Shown here: one piece after another, positions 26,135 to 32,000 of the stretch
Layout of the letters: every line of letters begins with the position of its first letter
Position numbering within the stretch: position 1 is the first letter of the stretch
Source: Chlamydiales bacterium
Lineage (GTDB): Bacteria > Chlamydiota > Chlamydiia > Chlamydiales > JAAKFR01
Direction: 5' to 3'
NCBI GenBank assembly: GCA_041395025.1
Contig: JAWLBH010000001.1
Location: 30,001 to 62,000, forward strand
DNA: 32,000 bases
The notes under the pieces: model-generated
The model's input: only the letters and a program-made list of their open reading frames with translations
Database searches by the model: none
What the model was told of the DNA's origin: nothing
Made by a program: the position numbers and the translations under genes

Positions 26135-28587
26135 AGATCTTGAGTTTGATAAATAACCTCATAGGCTTCAATGATATCGTTAACTTGAATATCATCAAAC
26201 CCTTCTAAAAGAAGACCGCATTCAAACCCTTTTTTTACCTCTTTAGCATCTTCTTTTTCTCGTCTAATTGAAGCAATATTGCCTTTCCATACTTCCTTAG
26301 AGTCACGGAGCACCCGTGCTTTGTTTTTTCGATTCACAATGCCATCTATTACTAAACACCCTGCAATCAATCCAAGTTGAGATGATTTAAAAATCGCTTT
26401 TACATGAGCACTTCCAGTTGTTTTTTCTTCAGCAATTTTGTCAAGTAAACCGCGCATTAACCCTTCAACTTCCTGAATTGCATGATAAATGACATCAAGC
26501 ATACGGATAGTAACCCCTAATCTTTTAATTAACGGCTCAGCATGACTTTCAATCGCCGTATGAAATCCAATAATAATAGCATTTGAAGCTGCTGCTAGTT
26601 GAACATCGGATTCTGAAATTTCTCCAACAGCCATAAAAATGATATTAGTTTTAACTTTTTCTGATTCTATTTTATCAATAGAGTTTTTTAATGCTTCTAC
26701 TGATCCTTGAACATCAGCACGTAAGATGAGCTTTAAGATTTTTTTGCTTCCTTTATCTTGCTGCAAAAACTTCTCAAGACTGGGCAACTTTCTTTGTTGA
26801 AGAACAGATTGTTGATGACCTGCTTTGCGGCTTTCAACAATATTTTTTGCTTCTTTTTCATTTTTTACAACGATAAAGGGATGACCAGCCGAAGGAAGAC
26901 CTGAAAGCCCTGTAATTTCAACAGGTGTGGAAGGAAAGGCATGTTGAAGAGATTGACCATGTTCATCATGCATTGTTTTAACACGTCCCCAATCGTGTTC
27001 AAATACAAGAGCATCTCCGTAGTGAAGCGTACCATTTTGTACAAGTAATGTAGCAACATTACCCATGCCTTTATGAAGTTCAGATTCTAAAACTGTTCCT
27101 CTGGCACGAGTATCTGGATTTGCTCTTAGTTCCAAAACTTCTGCTTGAAGTGCTAACATTTCAAGAAGCTCTGGAATCCCTTCTCCTGTAACAGCTGAGG
27201 TTTTTATAGTGATCGTTGTTCCACCCCAAGCTTCGGGAAGAAGTTCAATTTCTGAAAGTTCACGATAAACATTCTCAAGGTTAAAATTGGATTTATCAGA
27301 TTTATTGATTGCAACAACAATCGTGACTCCGGCTGCTTTAGCATGTTGAATAGCTTCCATAGTCTGTTCGCGTAATCCTTCATCTCCAGCAACTACTAGT
27401 ACTACAATATCAGTAACTTCTGCTCCTCGTGCACGCATAGCAGAAAAAGCTTCATGCCCTGGTGTATCAAGAATAGTGAGATTTCCAGTAGATGTTTTAC
27501 AACAAAAGGCACCAATATGTTGAGTAATTGCACCCGCTTCACTGGCGACCATATTGCTTTTTTGAATTGCATCAATCAAGCTTGTTTTTCCATGGTCCAC
27601 ATGTCCCATAAAAGCAACAACTGGGGGGCGAATTTTGATTTTTTCTGGATCTGTTTTCTCTATTTCTTCTCGAATCGATTCAGCAGTAACCTGTATCCGT
27701 TCAGCTTCAGATTTGTCGATTGAAATTGCACATCCAAACTCTTCTCCGATATATTGAACAATCGTTTCGTCTTCAAGCAGATCGTTCAAAGTATAAGTTA
27801 TTCCGTGTAAAAAAAGTTTTTGAATTAACTCAGAGGCTTTTAATTTCATTTCTGCAGCTAGTTCCTTAAGTTTTATTGGAAGACGGATTTTAAGCTCTGT
27901 TGGTCGAATGGTTTCTTGTTCTTCTAACCGCACCGATTGTTTAACAGAATGTTTTTTTCTCCAGTATCCTTCATCGCCTTCGCTTAGCCCTTTTCTATCA
28001 CGAGCATCGAATGATTTGATTTGCTGACGCTTAATAGGTTTTAGATCTTTAAAATCTCTAACTTTTTTCCCTTTTTTTAAGATTTTCTGAGAATCTTCTT
28101 CATTTTTTTCTTTCTTGTTTTCGTCTGTTTCTATTTTCGATTCACTTTTATCTTTTTTGACTTGTACTTGATTTTTGTGATCTTCTGGAATTTCTTTTTT
28201 TAGAGGAAGAAGATCTTTAACATGCCGTCCTGTTGGACCAAGTCTTTCAATTTGAAAATCTTGTACAGGCTTTTCTTCAGGTGGCTGTTGTGTATCTTCT
28301 AGTTTACTTTCGTAGTTTTCTTTAGAAAGATGAGAAAGTGTTTCAATATTTTCTTCTTTGACAAATGCAGATTTTGACTTAGCTCGAATACGACGAGGCT
28401 TAGCTCCTTCATTTTCTAAAGGGGTTTCTAAAATTACATCTTTAGAAGGGCTTTCTTTTTTTGAGGTATCTTTTTCTTTTTTACCCTGTTTTTTTTCTGA
28501 AAGCTTTGTTTTAAACTTTTCTAGTCCAACTGCCTTGGCAAGTTGAGTGTTTTTAATTTTGATTTTTAGGTTTTTAGCCAATATCAT
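26131..28587 (-). CDS. infB: Translation initiation factor IF-2
   Basis: Lys/Glu-rich N-terminal region, then the GTPase domain: [38 protein letters not shown]. The C-terminal IF2 domains follow. Confidence 0.97.
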   Translation of the reverse strand: MILAKNLKIKIKNTQLAKAVGLEKFKTKLSEKKQGKKEKDTSKKESPSKDVILETPLENEGAKPRRIRAKSKSAFVKEENIETLSHLSKENYESKLEDTQQPPEEKPVQDFQIERLGPTGRHVKDLLPLKKEIPEDHKNQVQVKKDKSESKIETDENKKEKNEEDSQKILKKGKKVRDFKDLKPIKRQQIKSFDARDRKGLSEGDEGYWRKKHSVKQSVRLEEQETIRPTELKIRLPIKLKELAAEMKLKASELIQKLFLHGITYTLNDLLEDETIVQYIGEEFGCAISIDKSEAERIQVTAESIREEIEKTDPEKIKIRPPVVAFMGHVDHGKTSLIDAIQKSNMVASEAGAITQHIGAFCCKTSTGNLTILDTPGHEAFSAMRARGAEVTDIVVLVVAGDEGLREQTMEAIQHAKAAGVTIVVAINKSDKSNFNLENVYRELSEIELLPEAWGGTTITIKTSAVTGEGIPELLEMLALQAEVLELRANPDTRARGTVLESELHKGMGNVATLLVQNGTLHYGDALVFEHDWGRVKTMHDEHGQSLQHAFPSTPVEITGLSGLPSAGHPFIVVKNEKEAKNIVESRKAGHQQSVLQQRKLPSLEKFLQQDKGSKKILKLILRADVQGSVEALKNSIDKIESEKVKTNIIFMAVGEISESDVQLAAASNAIIIGFHTAIESHAEPLIKRLGVTIRMLDVIYHAIQEVEGLMRGLLDKIAEEKTTGSAHVKAIFKSSQLGLIAGCLVIDGIVNRKNKARVLRDSKEVWKGNIASIRREKEDAKEVKKGFECGLLLEGFDDIQVNDIIEAYEVIYQTQDL

Positions 28588-29870
28588 TCACCTCGTTTCT
28601 TCGGGCCTCGTTTGCTCACTTCTTCTAATATTTTATACGCCATTTCAAAACTAATTGCTGGAACAGCAACTAGTTCACTCACACTAGCTGAAAGGACTTT
28701 GCGTATTGTGTCAAAACCTGCTTGCACTAAATTTTCTACGATTAACTTATTGATTCCTTCTATTACTAAAGGCTTATCTAGATTAGGATTGTCACTTTCT
28801 GATAACTGGAGTCTTTGAATTTCCAGAAGCTTGTTATATTCGCTCATTCTTTGGACTTCGAGCTCATATCCGATTAATTTACCAGTAAGACGTGCATTCA
28901 TACCGCGTTTCCCAATCACTGCAGCATAGTCTGAGTCATCTACAATAATAGCAATAACATTTTCTTCCTCATTTACACCAATTTTTCGAATTTCAATTGG
29001 TGAAAGAATATTTTGTAGAAGATCAACAGGGTCAGAACTATAGGGAATAATATCAATTTTCTCGTTATTTAACTCACGAATCACATTTTTTACACGGTTA
29101 CCACGCATACCTACACATGCACCTACGGGATCCACTTTTTGATCTGTTGAGCGAACAGTTAATTTAGTGCGATAACCCGCATCACGGACAATTTTTTCGA
29201 TTATAATTGTACCATCTTCTAACTCAGGTACTTCCTGTCTAAAAAGTTGATTAACAAACTCAGGATGGCTACGTGATAAAATGACTTCAGCCCCCCCATT
29301 TTCAAGATCTTGTACTTCATAAAGAAGAGCATAAATCCGATCACCAATTCTATATTTCTCAGTTTTTGGATAATTACGGGCTGGAAGAAGCGCCTCAACT
29401 TTTCCTAAATCAACAATTAGGTTGGCACCTCTTGCAAACCGTTTTGCAACACCTGAAATGATTTCATTAACTCGATATCGATACTCTTGATAGATGACAT
29501 CTCTTTCGGCTCCGCGCAATTTCTGGGAGATAATCTGACGAGCTGTTTGTGCTGCAATTCGACCGAAATTTTCAGGAGTGACTGGAACATCAATAAATTG
29601 CCCAAGTTGACAGTCGGGATCTAGTCCCTGTGCAGTATTTAAAGAAATTTCTTTTGCTGAATGCTCAACATGGTTAACAATTTCTTTTTCACAAAATACC
29701 TCAACATCTCCAGATTTAGAATTAATTTGCACAGAAACATTTGCTTCTTCTTTAATACTTTTACGAGCAGCAGCTTTAAGCGCTGTTTCAATAGCAGTAA
29801 TTACTACATCGCGTTTAATTCCTTTTTCGCGTTCCATATATTCAAAAATGGCTATGAGATCTTTATTCAT
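28584..29870 (-). CDS. nusA: Transcription termination/antitermination factor NusA
   Basis: N-terminal domain, S1 domain ([11 protein letters not shown]), two KH domains ([19 protein letters not shown]; [17 protein letters not shown]), and a C-terminal HhH-like tail. Confidence 0.96.
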   Translation of the reverse strand: MNKDLIAIFEYMEREKGIKRDVVITAIETALKAAARKSIKEEANVSVQINSKSGDVEVFCEKEIVNHVEHSAKEISLNTAQGLDPDCQLGQFIDVPVTPENFGRIAAQTARQIISQKLRGAERDVIYQEYRYRVNEIISGVAKRFARGANLIVDLGKVEALLPARNYPKTEKYRIGDRIYALLYEVQDLENGGAEVILSRSHPEFVNQLFRQEVPELEDGTIIIEKIVRDAGYRTKLTVRSTDQKVDPVGACVGMRGNRVKNVIRELNNEKIDIIPYSSDPVDLLQNILSPIEIRKIGVNEEENVIAIIVDDSDYAAVIGKRGMNARLTGKLIGYELEVQRMSEYNKLLEIQRLQLSESDNPNLDKPLVIEGINKLIVENLVQAGFDTIRKVLSASVSELVAVPAISFEMAYKILEEVSKRGPKKRGE

Positions 29871-30049
29871 CTAACTTTATAACTCAATTTTAAAACTTAA
29901 AAATATACTATGAGCATTTATTATGAAGGCATTTATTAGCTTCTTGATTGCTTCTTAGGAGCCAAAATAAAGGCAAACATCAAATTATCCTAAAAATTGC
30001 TTGTTTTTGATCACTAGACTAAACAGGTTATTAGGATTTAGCTTAAAAT

Positions 30050-31774
30050 TCATCCTCTCTCTTTTGTTCTTTTAGAATATTTTTTACTTTGACCAATCAC
30101 AATATCATCATGATTAACTTGGTTATGTTCAATAAGATACTCTTTAACAGAGAGAGAGACTTTTTTATGCTCAGGATCTAGCTTTACAACTTTAGAAGTG
30201 ATTTCATCTCCTATGGAAATGATATCTTCCACCTTTCCAAAAGCTTTATCAGAAAGTTCAGTCACATGGATCAAACCTTCAATCCCATTTTCAAACTCAA
30301 CAAAAGCACCAAAGGCAGTGATTTTTGTAATCTTTCCTTTTACAATAGTATTTACAGGAATTGTCTTTTCTATTTCTTCCCAGGGATTTTGAGTGAGTTG
30401 CTTGACACCTAATGTAATTTTCTTACTTTCTTCATCAACAGATAGAATGACGGCCTTCACAAGATCGCCTTTTTTAAATAGCTCAGATGGATGTGAAACT
30501 TTTTTAATCCAACTCATATCTGAAATATGAATTAATCCTTCAATGCCTTTCTCTAGTTCTACAAAAGCTCCATAGTTTGTAAGACTTTTTACCTCAACAG
30601 TTACCTGAGCACCCAAAGGATACTTTTGATTGATATCATTCCAGGGATTATGTTCAGTTTGTTTAATACCTAGAGATATTTTGCCTTCATCTTTTTGAAT
30701 AGAAAGTACAATAGCCTTGACTTCTTCTCCTTTTTTAACCACTTCATTCGGATCAGTCACATTTTTTGTCCAAGACATTTCAGTCACATGGATCAAACCT
30801 TCAATCCCTGGTTCAATTTCAACAAAAGCTCCATATGGGAGAAGTTTGACAACTTTTCCTTGAACATGCTTTCCTGGTGGATATTTCTTTTCAATGTCAT
30901 CCCAAGGATTATCTTCTTTTTGCTTTAAACCAAGCGCAACACGTCCTTTATCTTTGTCAATACTAAGAATGATGACCTCTAGCTCTTCTCCAAGGCTAAC
31001 CATATCAGAAGGGTGTTTAATGCGTTTCCAGGCCATATCAGTGATATGTAATAGTCCATCAATACCTTCTAGATCGAGAAAAACTCCGAAATCAGTAATA
31101 TTTTTGACTACACCCGTACGTACATCATTGACTTGAATCTCTTCAAGTAACTCTGCTTTTTTTGAGATTCTTTCTGCTTCAAGCAGTTCTCGACGAGATA
31201 CAACAACATTTTTGCGCTCAATATTGATTTTGAGTATCTTAAATTCACATGTTTTTCCGAGGTAGTCGTAAAGATTTTTAATACGTTTATTGTCAATCTG
31301 TGAGCCAGGTAGGAATGCTTCCATTCCAATGTCTACCATAAGACCACCTTTGACTTTACGAATAATCTTACCTTTAACAATAGAACCTTCTTCACAATGT
31401 TTGATAATATATTCCCACTGACGTTGACGAGCTGCTTTCTCTCTTGAAAGCACAATTTGTCCATTTTCATCCTCAGTACGATCAAGATAAACTTCAATGC
31501 TGTTTCCTAAAGCTAGTTCATTTGGTTCAGCAAACTCAGCAACAGGAATCAGTCCCTCTGATTTAAGACCTACATCAACAACAACATAATCTTTACCAAC
31601 CTCAACAATAGTGCCAGTAAGAATAGTCCCCGGAGCCATTTTTTCTGTTTGATCTTCTGCTTCAGACTGTATGCCATCAAGAATTTTTTTAAAAGTTTCA
31701 GCATCAGAATCTTTGTAGTCAATATCATCCAGAATATTTTTTGCTGACCAAGTATAATTTGCATGTTTTGTCAT
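30050..31774 (-). CDS. rpsA: 30S ribosomal protein S1
   Basis: Six tandem S1 domains with recurring ...GAFVE(L/F/I)E.GIEGLIH(V/I)(T/S)(E/D)(M/L)S... blocks. GGAG lies 10 nt upstream of the ATG. Confidence 0.97.
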   Translation of the reverse strand: MTKHANYTWSAKNILDDIDYKDSDAETFKKILDGIQSEAEDQTEKMAPGTILTGTIVEVGKDYVVVDVGLKSEGLIPVAEFAEPNELALGNSIEVYLDRTEDENGQIVLSREKAARQRQWEYIIKHCEEGSIVKGKIIRKVKGGLMVDIGMEAFLPGSQIDNKRIKNLYDYLGKTCEFKILKINIERKNVVVSRRELLEAERISKKAELLEEIQVNDVRTGVVKNITDFGVFLDLEGIDGLLHITDMAWKRIKHPSDMVSLGEELEVIILSIDKDKGRVALGLKQKEDNPWDDIEKKYPPGKHVQGKVVKLLPYGAFVEIEPGIEGLIHVTEMSWTKNVTDPNEVVKKGEEVKAIVLSIQKDEGKISLGIKQTEHNPWNDINQKYPLGAQVTVEVKSLTNYGAFVELEKGIEGLIHISDMSWIKKVSHPSELFKKGDLVKAVILSVDEESKKITLGVKQLTQNPWEEIEKTIPVNTIVKGKITKITAFGAFVEFENGIEGLIHVTELSDKAFGKVEDIISIGDEITSKVVKLDPEHKKVSLSVKEYLIEHNQVNHDDIVIGQSKKYSKRTKERG

Positions 31775-32000
31775 CTAAATTTTTCTCCAAAATCCAAATA
31801 CATAAAGGAGGTGAGTTTAAAGATGCTTATGAAAAAAGGCAATAGACACTTTTGATCTCGTAGACTTTTTAATTATTTTTTTAATCATATAAATTCAAAA
31901 TAATCACAACAAAAAACTAATAAAAATACTCATGTTTGTCATATTAAAATAGAGTTATTTTGAATTTTAATAATAGAACTGATTTTTTTATTTCTGTGTT

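Noticed and set aside
30050-31774. Recurrent similar DNA/protein blocks within rpsA ([12 protein letters not shown]-like segments), considered as tandem DNA repeats.
   Set aside because: They are the six homologous S1 domains of ribosomal protein S1, that is, normal intragenic domain repetition.
1-32000. I scanned the whole window for tRNA/rRNA/tmRNA genes, CRISPR repeats, IS elements, integrases, phage genes, toxin-antitoxin pairs and defence-system hallmarks.
   Set aside because: None were seen. No intergenic region except 7417-7695, 23299-23452, 29871-30049 and 31775-32000 is long enough to hold an RNA gene. None of those shows a tRNA T-arm (GTTCGAATC-like) or direct repeat arrays. No ORF shows nuclease, recombinase or transposase motifs. 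By-eye scanning can miss small RNAs.

Overview
This AT-rich window is densely packed with about 28 protein-coding genes. I found no rRNA, tRNA, CRISPR array, IS or transposase, or integrase. Gene content and order point to a member of the Chlamydiae, probably an environmental chlamydia-like lineage rather than Chlamydiaceae; I cannot name the species. From memory of C. trachomatis numbering, several blocks match known loci. 15.7-31.8 kb matches CT087-CT098: malQ, scc1, copN, cdsV/sctV, cdsU/sctU, ychF, ribF, truB, rbfA, infB, nusA, rpsA. 6.4-10.1 kb matches CT084-CT086: PLD-family protein, ubiD, rpmB. 0-2 kb matches CT060-CT061 (flhA, sigma-28), with an extra flhF-like gene between them. The rest is a five-gene overlapping operon for meso-diaminopimelate and peptidoglycan (dapB-dapA-asd-dapL-NlpC/P60, 2.0-6.3 kb) and a 5.6 kb block (sthA-like, transglutaminase-like/TPR protein, clpB) lying between rpmB and malQ. 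I see no convincing evidence for a completely new multi-gene system such as a defence island or mobile element. The observations most worth follow-up are: (1) the flhA-flhF-fliA flagellar-type remnant, whose FlhF-like GTPase has lost both SRP-GTPase catalytic arginine motifs and has no flhG partner; (2) an SctU/CdsU export-switch protein with NPKD in place of the canonical NPTH autocleavage motif; (3) dapL and an NlpC/P60 peptidase fused into the dap operon, with no lysC; (4) three lineage-specific or unassignable ORFs (81 aa, a 475-aa transglutaminase-like/TPR protein, a 250-aa polytopic membrane protein). All calls come from reading the translations and the DNA by eye. No searches or computations were run.
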